Notes under the pieces: model-generated
Database searches by the model: none
What the model was told of the DNA's origin: nothing
Seen by the model: only the letters and a program-made list of their open reading frames with translations
Origin: Chiloscyllium plagiosum
Lineage: Eukaryota
Reading direction: 5' to 3'
DNA length: 64,000 bases
Assembly (NCBI RefSeq): GCF_004010195.1
Contig: NC_057719.1
Coordinates: forward strand, 30,641,619-30,705,618
Translations under genes and position numbers: made by a program
In this document: piece after piece, positions 39,390-51,830 of the stretch
Numbering within the stretch: the stretch's first letter is position 1
Layout of the letters: the number at the start of each line of letters is the position of its first letter

Positions 39390-40142
39390 TTATTTTCTCT
39401 CTTTTTTTTATCCAACTCTCAAGATAGGCAAACACCCGAGTGGCCAGTGACATCTTCTGATTATATTTTCCTTTTTTTTTCTATTTTTTTTTCTTTTTTT
39501 TAACCCCCACACTACTGCCTAACTGCGGTAGTGCTTACTTTTCCCCAGCACCCATGGGGTGTGTGTGTAGGTGTGAGACACAGTGAGAGACACAAGGTGC
39601 ACGAATCTTTATTCAATTTCCACCACCAGGAGGATAGGAAAACACCCGGGTGGCCAGTGACAAACACTGCCCTTCACATCAAAGGGCAGTGCTGTGTGAT
39701 CAATACAGTGAAGGGGAGGGTAGGGACTAAATCAAAATAGAGTTGGAGGGAGAAATAATGCACTCCACTCCCTGCGGCACCCACCTCTCCCTGAACAACT
39801 CCAGGGTGTTGGTGGACACCGCGTGCTCCTTCTCCAAGGACACCTGGCCCTAACGTAACCGCGGAAGAGGGGCAGGCAGTCAGCCCTAACGACCCTCTCC
39901 ACGCCCCGCTGCCTGGACCTGTTGATGGCCAGTTTGGCCAGGCCCAGGAGCAGACCCACGAGGAGGTCTTCAGACCTGCCCTCCCTCCTTCGTACCGGGT
40001 GCCCAAAGATCAGGAGCAGGGACTGAAGTGCAACCAAAAGCAGAGGAGGAAGTTTTTTAGAAAATCAAAAAGGGAGTGCAAACGCCCACACCCAATATAT
40101 ACATGGTCCTCGGACTCCACAGCGCCACAGAACAAGCAGTTG
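39390..40142 (-). mobile_element. Tx1/L1-type 3'-end element, copy 2
   Basis: Intact CX2CX7HX4C (CLFCGAVESEDHVYIGC), frameshifted downstream; same 3' UTR and tail. Confidence 0.8.
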
Positions 40143-41163
40143 GATACTCCTGCTGTTATCTGTCAACCAGTGCTCCCTGACTGGACTAGATTAACTGCTA
40201 CAGTCAGAGAACTCATATTTTATGAGGTCCATCTGGCTGACCTTATTACAATCACTACAGTTCCTTGAGCTTGTGCTGCGCTTGGATCATTGCAGCAGTC
40301 CTAGGACAGAAATGTAAGCTTGAGAGCAAGGTGGTTAATTGGAATTACAAGCAAATTGGGAGGTTAGGGTAATGTTGTGCAAAGTGATAACCCAGTCTGT
40401 TATTGGTCTCACCACTGTAGAGGGGGCAGTGTTTTGAGCATCAAATACAGTAGACTAGATTGAAAGCAAAATGCTGCTTCATCTGGAAAGTGTATTCAGG
40501 CCTTGGACAGTAAGGAGAGGAGGGAGATGAATAGGCAAGTGTTACACCTTCTGCAATTGCATAGGACAACTCTGTGTCTAGTGGAAGTGAGGAAATGTTA
40601 AGAGTGATGTAGGATTATAATGAAGTAGTCCAGCCTAGAGTTAATGAAAACATGAATACAGAAGTGTAAATAGGTGGTATTAGTGATTACACAAATATTG
40701 AGTTGGAAACTCATTTGGGATGAAGTCTGAAACCATGGGTTGCGAGCACACTGAGCCACAGGGAGTGGATTGGCATCAGTAGTTAGGGAATGGAGTTGAA
40801 GTGGGGACAGGGAAAAAGTGTCTTCTGTCTTTCCAGTATTTAATTTAAAAAAATCTTTGATCATCTAATACTGGATATCTGATAAGCAGTCTAATAACTT
40901 GGAAACAGTGGAGGGATCAAGAGAAGTGATGGTGAGCTAGATTTGTGTGTCAGCTGCATATGTGTGAAAATGTAATGCAATGTTTTCATATGGCTTTGTA
41001 GACCAGGAAGCTATGGCTTGTGTGCTGTATGTGAGTTACGTATAGTATTTTAAATTCCTCTTTAAAGTTATAAGTCTGGGTATTCACTAACAAATGTTTC
41101 AATTGATTTATTGTGAATTTTTCTGAAAGTATAATTTATTAATGTACAACTGTTTCTTTCCAG

Positions 41164-41281
41164 CATGCAATTGAGGCTCTTGGTGCTGGAGTGAATCCTG
41201 TAGATAATTCAGCTAATAATACAAGCCACTGGGAACTTGGTAGTGCCTTTTTCTTTGCTGGGACTGTGATAACCACCATAG
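41164..41281 (+). CDS. KCNK10: KCNK10 exon 3 (cap helix 2, pore helix 1)
   Basis: Acceptor tttctttccag; [39 protein letters not shown](G); donor GTAATC. Not in the ORF track; translated by hand. Confidence 0.95.
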
Positions 41282-43345
41282 GTAATCTTTTAAAAATTAA
41301 ACTTTATTACCAAAATTAACAGCATATGTAAAAATAGTTTCAATATAATTTTAGAATATCTGTGTGATGCTCTGCACTATTCACTTTTACAACATCCTTC
41401 TCTTCATACTTAAACAAGATACATGCATTATCAGCGGCATAACAAAGAACGGTAATTTGGATGAGCCCTATCTTATGGTGGACATACAATGGCCAAAGTT
41501 ATGCTGATCCCTCTTCTAGTGGCTGATCACTTTGTCCCTATTTTGATTAGTATCTAATAAGTGCATGGCTGGAGTAGGTATGCATCAATATTTCAAAAAA
41601 ACTTTCAAAAATGATAATCTAGTTAAGATTATAATTCTCCATTCAATTTGGAGCTTTTAATTATGAATCACAAATAATGCTAAACTTGACAGCATTGAAG
41701 TACTGTGCCATAAACTGTTTCCACATGCATGCAAAAAACTTACCATTAATACTATTGCTTCTTCTTTCCTCTATTATTTCTTTATAAAAGTCCATTTTTG
41801 AATTTGCTACCAATTTGCTGAAAAAGTGAGATACATCTTTCCATCACCTATTTTTCATTTTCTTTGTTCCCATTTCAGGGTCTCACAGCCTAACTAGAGG
41901 AGGAGCGAGCTTAGAATGGCTCTTCCCTCTCTATTGAGCTCTTCTGTTGGCAAAATTATCTGATTTCCTTCTTCAGTTCTCTGAGCAAAGGCAGGTCTGA
42001 CCCATGATACCAAACCTTGGTAGGGTGAGGAGGCATTAGGCCACAAGACCTCCTATGCCTTGATCTGATAGACATATGCAAATCATTGCTGAATGACACT
42101 CGTGATTGATGAATCCGGAGATCTTGTCATAAAGGCTAAAACGTGTTGAGTGAATATGAAGGGAGTGTCAAGAAAGATTTACATTTATGTTGCACATTTT
42201 TCCTTCCTAAGGAACTTCCAAAGTGCTTTACAGCCAACACAACATCTTCAAACCTAGTTAGTATTGCAATATAGGAAAGCCAACAGCTAATTTGAACACA
42301 GTAAAATCACACCAACAGGACTGTAACGTCAATCTGGTCAAATGGAATTCCTGACAGTACTTTTATAACTAATACTACTTCATGTGCTCCTAATGGGCTA
42401 TGCAAAAAAAAACGCATAAAGTACTTTTATACTTTTACACCATCTTATAAAAAGTATACATAAGCCTTACACCCAGGAACAACCCCCGCCTTCATATTGT
42501 CAAAAAGCAAGAAGTCACCCTTATTGGCATGAGGTATCACCAAGCATAATGTTGGTTACTGTTGGTCCCTGCTAGCACAATTGTGATGTGAATCATGTAA
42601 AATTATTAAGGTTATTCAACAGTTGTAACAGTGATGATGGAGGATGATATACAGCATAGAAATCATCCTCTTTCTGTCTTTCTCCCTCTCACTAAAGCCA
42701 TTACCTATTGAATTTTCTCAGTTTATGCAAATTGATTTCCTTTGGCCTCATACAATGCAAACAAAAAGAAATAAACAAGTAGCCTGTACTAGCAAACGGT
42801 GAGCTGTGTATGAGATTTCATCAGGCAGATATTGCCAACCTCATCCCCTCCTCTCCTCCTTACTTGTCCTTTGCACTCTGTACAGTCCTGGTTGGTTCAA
42901 ATTCACAATCACATTCACTAGTTGTCTGTGAGTTGTTTCAGTATGACTGGGCATTAGTTATTCTTCCTAATTTTAAAAATTGTTTCAATTGAAACCTGGC
43001 TGCTTCATTAACTTGGACCAGAAAGTTCCTAATTCGTTCATGATGTGATTCAGTCTCCTGGAGATATTTGTCCCTGTTTCGTTGCTCTTTGTAATCCTGG
43101 GAGGAAACTTGCAACACTATCTGTACAATTCATTTCTGCATACGAGCACACTCACTCTCCTTACTGGCTTACAAACAGACCTTTCTAGTTGAGTGAAAGA
43201 AACTGAGGTGCTCAAGACACCCATATATGTGAACCAGTTGAGGATAACTAGACTTTGCTGCATTTGCAGAACCGTACTTAAACAGGTTTAAAGTTTGTTA
43301 TACCCTGGTGCAAATTGTAGGAGTTGTCTAGACACTCGTGCTTCA

Positions 43346-44082
43346 GAGCCAGCACTCATAGTGAGCAGGAGGTGTGACACTCCTGCTCTTTTTTTTTCTT
43401 CTTTCTTGATATCTAACGCTCCTGGTCTTTTTTTTTATTACCCCCACACTACTGCCTAACTGCGGTAGTGCTTATTTTTTTCCCCAGCACCCATGTTGTG
43501 TGTGTGCAGGTGTGAGACACAGTGAAAGACACAAAGCATGAATCTTTATTCAATTTCCACCACCAGGAAGAAAGGAACTACCCGAGTGGCCAGTGACAAA
43601 CAGTGCCCTTCACGTCAAAGGGCAATGCTGTGTGATCAAACAGTGAAGGGGAGGGCAGGGATTAAATCAAAATAGAGTTGGGGAGAAATAATGCACTCCA
43701 CTCCCTGCGGCACCCATCTCTCTCTGAACAGCTCAAGAGTGTTGGTGGATACCGCATGTTCCTTCTCCAGAGACACCCGGGCCCTAATGTAACCGCGGAA
43801 GAGGGGCAGGCAGTCAGCCCTAACGACCCCCTCCACGGCCCGCTGCCTGGACCTGTTGATGGCCAGTTTGGCCAGGCCCAGGAGCAGACCCACGAGGAGG
43901 TCATCAGACCTGCCCTCTCCCTTCCGTATCAGGTGTCCAAAGATCAGGAGCGTGGGACTGAAGTACAACCAAAAACAGAGGAGGACGTTTTTCAGAAAAT
44001 CAAAAAGGGAGTGCAAGCACCCACACCCCATATATATACATGGTCCATGGACTCCACAACACCACAGAACAAGCAGTTGGGC
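43346..44082 (-). mobile_element. Tx1/L1-type 3'-end element, copy 3, with 3'-appended LTR segment
   Basis: Same body; TSD gacactcgtgcttca (43331-43345) / gacacttgtgcttca (44083-44097). Confidence 0.8.
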
Positions 44083-44376
44083 GACACTTGTGCTTCATTG
44101 CAATATCTTTTAATTAAATGACAACAGAGTCTAAAATGAATCCTTTTGAGAATAAGTATTCATTGCATAAATTGATTTGCTAAATTAACAATGTTTCCTT
44201 CAGTCTAGAACATTTTCACTCAATCTTTCTAACTTTTCTTACTTGAGAAAGCTTTGGGAAACCCATCACCAATTATGTCTTCAATGGTTTTTCATTGTTT
44301 GTTGACTGTTTCTTTTCCATAAAGACTTTTGAGATGTTTATTGTTTTAGAGGCACTATAAAAATAAAAGTTGCATA

Positions 44377-44688
44377 TGGGGCAGCATGGTGGCTCAGTGG
44401 TTAGCACTGCTACCTCACAGCACCAGGGACCTGGGTTCAATTCCAGCCTTGAGTGACTGACTGTGTGGAGTTTGCACATTCTCCCCCTGTCTGCATGGGT
44501 TTCCTCTGGGTGCTCCAGTTTCCTCCCACAGTCCAAAGATGTGCAGGTTAGGTGAATTGGTCATGCTAAATTGCCCGTAGAGTTAGGTGCATTAGTTAGG
44601 GGGAATAGGTCTGGGTGGGTTACTCTTCGGAGGGTCAGTGTGGACTAGTTGGGCTAAAAAGCCTGTTTCCACACTGTAGGGAATCTAA
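44377..44688 (+). mobile_element. HE1-type V-SINE
   Basis: ggggcagcatggtggctcagtggttagcact head, B box gggttcaattcc, V-domain, aatctaa tail. Confidence 0.87.
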
Positions 44689-46316
44689 TATATTTGGAGA
44701 ATACTGCACTATTCTGGACTGCTGATTCCAAGGAGATATGATGGTGGAATTTTATGAATATCCCTAAAGGAGCTGGTAGGAAGAGAGGCTGCAAAATCAG
44801 GTACCATAGTGACAGCACCCTGTCAATTACCTATCCACCTTTGCTCATGTTTTACCAGTGGCACATGAGACACTGTCCACTTTAAGGTCTCTTTCCATTG
44901 TCACTGTCCCTGGTATTTTACCAGGAGAAGCAGGAAGTCTCTATACTATTTTTTTTGTAGGCTGGTGTCCAGACTGTTCATGCACCTTTAGCCCAAAGGA
45001 GAGTCTCACACACACCCACAATATGCAGGCAACTCAAATGTTTAATCATCCCTTACCAATCCTCCACACCCCTTACCACGGTCTAACAGACTGGCCCTGA
45101 CTGACAGCCCCAACTTACATTTTCATCCAGCTCCATCGATGACTGTTGTTGGATACAGTTTGCAATTCCACCAATGACCAGCACTCCTGGTGGTGTTTCA
45201 GGGACTTCAAAGCTGTTGGCCATCTAATTGTCCGGTTATTTTTATGAGCAGGATCTCCTCTGCGGTTGAGCAGAAATCTTGCCTTGACAAGTAAGATCTG
45301 ACATCTGTTACACCAGCTTACGGCAACCTGGCCACACGGAGGCAGGCACAATCCATTTTTAAAACTAGAGTAATGGACCCAACACCTCTGTATAAAATTC
45401 AGACCCATATTACCAGTCAGATGAAGGTTTTGGGTTGTAAACAGCGTATGTGAGTTAATATTGTAAAGAACGTGCAATCATGATGTGAATCTATCTTTCA
45501 TTCTTTTAAAGGTCCAATACGAAATATAAAGCATGCACATGTTTTTGAATATGCTTTTGTGGCATTATATACAAATTCATCTTTTATTCAATGAGCATCA
45601 ACTAAAGCTTCCATGCTTTGCTGTAGCTATTATCAAATGAGAATAGTAAGGAATAAGAAATGAACAAGCATGCTCTTTGATTTTATTTTCTTCGTCAATA
45701 GCTAAATTAATTATTGTTGAATTCTAGAATCATTGTTTAAGATTATTTTAGAGGTAAAATACATTTGACAAAAATTATAAAGAATATTTAGTGACCATGT
45801 ATAGAGAGATGGAATTTGGCACATATGGAAATTTGTAGCATGTTTAATATCCAGAAAATGAGAAATGTGGTGTTCTCCCAGCAAGACTCAGAATGATCTC
45901 ACTGTAGATGACTGGAATGTTAATTTTTTTCAGCAGTGTGTAATGTAGCCGTATTTTGTAACATTGTATCTTCGTTAAGGAGTTCTGAAATCCCATCCCT
46001 TGTACAGAAATAAGTGGAGGGTGCTTAATTTTCTAAATGTTCTCAAAATTCTAATCAAAAAATAACTACATTGCAAGTGGGAAGTTGCATTTGTACCAAA
46101 AATCCATCAGAATCTGAGAAAAAGAGGTTAATCGCTTGGCTGAAGCTCCTTCATCAGTACCAGTGCTAATAAAGAGTTTACACTTAAAGGACAGGATTTT
46201 TGGGTCATCAGGGTCTTCTGTCCAGTCACCATACAGCAGCCATACAGCACATTCATTGGCTGGAGGCAGGCGTTCTCTTTCCCCATCTGGGGAGGAGGGG
46301 GTTTTGTCCTAGTGAG

Positions 46317-46384
46317 CAATCAGCCAATCCAGTTGGCAATCAGCCAATCCAGTTGCCCAGCAGCCAATCCAGTTGTCCAGCAGC
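46317..46384. repeat. Three ~20-bp tandem units cagccaatccagttg(g/c/t)c...
   Basis: Direct reading. Confidence 0.8.
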
Positions 46385-46552
46385 CCTCTCGTCTCACCTG
46401 CGCTAAACTGAACGAAGTTTTAAGGAACGAAGAACAGGATAGACCATTCAAACCTAGTGATGCTACAAAAGAAAATTGATTTTATAATAAAGCAAATTTT
46501 AATTTTCAAATCAACTCTAGTGATTTTTCATAAACAATATCATAACATTATT

Positions 46553-47390
46553 TGTGATAAAGTCCCTCATGGTGCAGAAGGTCAAATCGCGTGGAATCCA
46601 TGGTGAGTTGGCAAGTTGAATACAAAATTGACTTGGTCACATTAGACAGAGGGTGGTTGTGGAGGATTATTTTTCTGACGGGAGAACTGTAACTAGTGGT
46701 GTCTGCAAGGATTAGTGATGGAAGCTCTGTTCTTTATATATAAATGATTTGGGTGGAAATGTTGGTGAGCTGATTAGTAAGTTTGCAGATGACACAAAGG
46801 TTGGTGGAATGATAGATAGTGAGAAAGGATATTAAAGGATGCAGCAGGGTTAAAGATCAGTTAGGAAGTTGGGCAGAGAAATGACAAATGGAATTTAACC
46901 TGGACAAGTGTGAGGTGATGCATTTTGGGAGGTCAAATGTAGGAGGAGAGTGTACAATCAATGGCAGAATCCTTTAGTAGCATTGATATGCAGAGGGATC
47001 TTGGAGTCCAATTCCAAAGCTCCCTGAAAGTTACAACACTAGTAGATAAGATGGTAAAGAAGGCATATGGTATGCATCCATCAAACAGGGTATTGATTAT
47101 AAAAGTTGGCAGGTCTTTTCCCTGGGGTGGGAGGGTCCAGAACTAGAGGGCATAGGTTTAGGGTGAGAGGGGAAAGATATAAAAGAGAGCTAAGGGGCAA
47201 CCTTTTCACACAGAGGGTGGTGTGTGTATGAAATGAGCTGCCAGAGGAAGTGGTGGAGACTGGTACAATTACAGCATTTAAAAGGCATCTGGATGGGTTT
47301 ATGAATAGGAAGGGTTTAGAGGGATTTAGGCCAAGTGCTAACAAATGGGACTAGGTTAGGATATCTTGTTGATATGCCTGTGCTGTATTG
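46553..47390 (+). mobile_element. CR1-clade LINE RT/3' fragment
   Basis: DKVPH, SKFADDTKVGG, QMEFNLDKCEVMHFG, QRDLGVQ motifs; internally deleted. Confidence 0.8.
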
Positions 47391-48181
47391 TTTCATTATG
47401 AGGTAATATCTTCATTCAAAGTTCAATTGCCTCGTCTTGATAATTATTGGAACACAGTTACTTTGTGCATGTAGATTAGGTCCTATTAGCATACTATATC
47501 AATTTGTTGTCTATAATGGCATAACACATGCAGGCTTCAAGTACTATAAACAGAGTATGCACAAATAATAACAAATAGAGTTAATACTAGAGTCATTCAT
47601 TTCTCCTCCTCATTTTTTCCCCTAATATTCAGGTAAAGTAAAAACTGCTGAACAAAAATAGGTTTATTGACACCATAATTTCAATCCGTCATCTCTGTTT
47701 CTCTGGGACATCACTGATTTTAACCGTTGAACATTTCTGTGAGGTATACAGGACATTCAGATTTCAAAATAAGGTATCAACGCTTCAGAACCTAAGCAGA
47801 GAAATCGAACATCAATTTTGGATTGCTATGATTTCTAAACAGATCTCTAGAATTGTGAATACTTAAATAATATATTATTTGCATTTCTTGTGCTGCTGCA
47901 AGGCACTGAACTAATCTATATTTAGGACTGAACTAACTATATAATTACTGAAAAAATGTTTTCTTTGTCTCCCAAATAAGGACTAAGATACCTGGAAATA
48001 AAAGATAGATTAGTTTAATAGCTCACTGATTGAACTCCCGTTGCCACTTCAATACTTCATTTTTGTCTGTCTCCAAACTGATTGATGATTTATCGATTTA
48101 GTTCCTAGTTCATTAAGTAGCAAGAGATCTTTATGTCTTTATTGTTATATCCCAAAAATATGTTCTTATTTATTTTGATAG

Positions 48182-48342
48182 GTTATGGGAATATTGCACC
48201 CAGTACTGAAGGAGGGAAAATATTCTGCATCTTATATGCTTTATTTGGAATTCCTCTCTTCGGATTTCTGTTAGCAGGGATTGGGGATCAATTGGGCACA
48301 ATCTTTGGTAAAAGCATTGCAAGAGTGGAGAAAGTATTCAGA
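48182..48342 (+). CDS. KCNK10: KCNK10 exon 4 (GYG filter, M2)
   Basis: Acceptor ttttgatag; (G)[53 protein letters not shown]; donor GTAAGT. Confidence 0.97.
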
Positions 48343-48612
48343 GTAAGTTGACAGATGTTCAATATTTTGTTATATTATTTTATGCTCCATGAACTCTATG
48401 GTGTGTAAACTATTCATCCCTGGAAGTCATTAATATGCTAAACACATCAACAAAGTCAAAGTTGATTATATATTTAACGAAGTTTACATCATTTCTGATT
48501 AAAATGTTCACACATTTTACTCTATTATTGAAACCTAGACCTCCCTTTATCAGAAAAAATGAATAGGTCACACATCTGTTGGTGCATGATGAAAGAATGA
48601 TTCACATGTGAA

Positions 48613-48820
48613 CATGATGTTGAGTTGCCGGTGTTGGACTGGGGTGGACAAAGTTTGAAGTCACACGATACTAAGTTATAGTCAACAGGTTATTTGAAAT
48701 CACAAGCTTTCAGAGCATAGCTCCTTCATCAGATGATGAAGGGTTTGCACTCCAAAAGCTTCTGACTTCAAATAAATCTGTTGACCTGTAACCTGGTGTC
48801 ACGTGACTTCTGACTTTGTC
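48613..48820. mobile_element. Penelope family-B fold-back insert
   Basis: gccggtgttggactggggtggacaaag...ctgactttgtccac inverted arms. Confidence 0.65.
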
Positions 48821-51800
48821 CACATTTGCACAGACAGCAAAAATAACTATAGAAATCAAAGCAGTGGAAAAACTAACTATAACTAAAGAATCAAGAATAC
48901 AATATCAAACTACTGGGAGCTACACTTCAATATTTTATATATTTATATTATTTTTGAGAAGTGGATGTCACTAAGCCTTTTACTGACCCGAGGAGGCCCC
49001 TCTCTTGAACTACTGCATAAAGATTTTGATAAAACTGGAAGACTTGCTGGGGCACTTTAGAGAGCCTTATTGAAGAGACAACCTTATTGATGGTAGACTG
49101 GAATAATGTCTAAACCAGAGGAGGTAATGACTTACCAATTCTATAAAAGGCATTAGTAAACTGCTTGGAAGTTTACAACAATTCAACGTCTTCATTGTTA
49201 CTGGTTCTGGCCATTTAAAAAAAACTGAATTCAAGTTCCCAAGTGTCCATTGTCCTGTTCTCACAGTTCCATACTTAATGTTATTCAGCTATACCAAATA
49301 ATGATGGTGTTCCAGATTTTGTAGGAAATTCCCATGGATTGAGAAATATAAAGGTACTTAAAGACTTTATGAACAATTTTCTAATTTGAAAAGACTTAAG
49401 CAAAAAGTTATGTTGTTATTCTTCAGGCACTGGAATCACCAATATTGCATCTACACTAACTACTTCCTACACTGCTTCATTTGACATATGAAATAAAAAA
49501 AGTTAATTGTGGGGCATATATTTAATGTAGATTTAAAACAATGCACTATCACAAATACCACACCCAGAACTAATGAAATCTTTTAGCCTAAAAGAAAACA
49601 TATTCCAAACCAGAAAATACAGTTGACTTCTGATAGATCTGCTTCCAGCTGCTTTACAGCCCCTGGCAAATTCTCTCTTTACCTGTCTCAAAAACAGCTG
49701 CTCACAAGTTAACCTCCACTTACCATGATAAATGAGGTAGAACCCAAAACAAACAAAATCTCCCTGCAATTTATTCCCATGGCAACATGGTACACATTAA
49801 CACCTAAAAAGGGAAGAAAATTAATAAAAGTGATCTTTTGTTATGAGTATGTGGCGATCTAGCCTATTTAAAGAATTAGACTTTCAGGCAGAATGTGGCT
49901 AAATGAGGGACATTGGCACCACGGTCCTCTACATTATTTAGCTAAAAGTGCAGAATGCTTTTTCTTTAACATATAATTATTTAATTCTGTCAAATCATTA
50001 AACAACATTCTAGCTTTGGAGGAAACATTGACAAGTGTGACACACCCCTTTTCAGATAAAGAGATCGCCTGACCAACTGGATTACATTTATCACGTCAAT
50101 AGCAATGCCATTATCAATAAGCTAGATGGAACGTCATATAGCACTGCAACAGTACATACCAGTTAAATCAAAATTAAGCCTCCTGTGCTGTGTCACTCAT
50201 TTGTAAAACTGTAGTTATTATGGAGAAGTTTATGATAAAGACTATCATGTCTTTTTAGGAATTATATTAGGAGGCAACAGATCTAAAGAAAATGTAGACA
50301 GACCTGTGCTCAAAAATCCAATCATGGACCAGACAGATGTGGGGTAGGTTGCCTGATTTTTGGCTTCACCAGTTTCCAAAGGGTGGGACTCATGGTAAAT
50401 CTTTGGTATGGTTCGTACCCCCAAACCTCCCATCTGCAAAGAAAGATCAAAAGGGATCCCTGAGTTGCTCTGAGATTTTGGCCATTAAATGGTTTCATTG
50501 GAACTCATGCCAGTTGAAAATTGGGTTACATTCAGCTGAGGCTATAGGAAAGGTGCCAAACCTTGTCCAATGTAAAATAAGAAATCTTGGAGGGAATTAA
50601 TTACATGGTTCCATTGAGCTATGAATTTGTTGAACTCGTGTATTTTTCAGTGCTGCTTTCTTTTAATCTGAGAACAGCCTTGTTGTACAATTTGATAAGA
50701 TGTATTCATTCTTCTGGCAGGCTGATTGGGACTGAATTCTCCAGATGTGGTCTTACAAGTTATTGCTACCAGTTTTGAAAACACTACTGAGCCACTGCCT
50801 TCCACTTCTTCAAATAGTCCGAGCTAGCAATGTGATCTGAATTGGGTTAATTAATTCAGATTTGACCTGATTGCTTCTATGTTTTGTTTTTAATTTGATT
50901 GTTCATTCCTTATGCAACATCTGACAGAGATGACAGTTAACCAAACAGTATTGGACTTAAGTACAGTACTGGGAGGTCTGCAAGAATGCCCTTGTTTCCT
51001 TTCCAATTTGGCTCTCTTCCAGCCTGTGTGGAAATGTCTTGCTTTTCCTCTACACCTCATGCTGATAGCCTCTGGGATAGCACGACTAAGGATAGAAATT
51101 CACCATATGGTCAATTGGAAAGAAAAATCCAAAACCTATCATTTTATGGCATTATACTTTGACGTGCATCAACATGCTGTTTTTCAATGCAGAATTGCAG
51201 ATCAATGTCAACTTCAGATGGTTCTTTTACAATTTTAGGTAAATATAGCAATAGGCACTGTGAGTGTTATCAGAAACCACATCAAAAGTGATTTTATTAT
51301 TTCAAAACCTAATTCAGGTTTTGACTCCATGAATCCAAAAGCCAAAGGATGAATTTAACATTCTGTTTTAAATTTTTTATTTCCTCCAATTGTGTGCAGT
51401 AGTTTTTAGACCTTGGAAATATATGCTTGGAATTCCCACAAGTTCTATCTGCAGGGTGATGAGCAGAACCCCTGGAGAAATGGCACAAATTGCTGGAAAC
51501 ATTAAATACAGTTTCTCCAGGGCTCCCACTGACGACTTGCTGGAGGTTTACCAGGCGTGCAGGAAAATTATGTAGAAATTCTTATTACATGATTTTAAAT
51601 CCAGTTCAGACATTGTTTGCCTCTCTCTGATGACTATCTGACAAGCTTTCTTGCATTGTAGCATTTGATCCCTATCTGTGCTTTCTCCTGAAATCAATAC
51701 TCAGAGGCTTCACGCACTTGAGAAGGAAAAATGTCTCATTTCCCAATATCATTTATGACTGCAATAATAACTACTCAGTTACATTAATTTTTATCAAACA

Positions 51801-51830
51801 AAATATTCATCGCTTATTTCTTCTTTTCAG

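Larger units (their letters stand above)
38546..40259 (-). mobile_element. Solo LTR (~235 bp when empty) split by two Tx1-type inserts
   Basis: Minus strand reads TGTAGTG...TTATTTCA (TG..CA), with AATAAA at 38589-38594(-); flanks TTTCC (38541-38545) / GTTCC (40260-40264) fit a 5-bp TSD with one mismatch. Confidence 0.75.

Noticed and set aside
38957..39415. 152-aa ORF as a functional nested gene
   Set aside because: Its start lies in the neighbouring copy's tail/TSD, the zinc-knuckle His is mutated, and sister copies are frameshifted.
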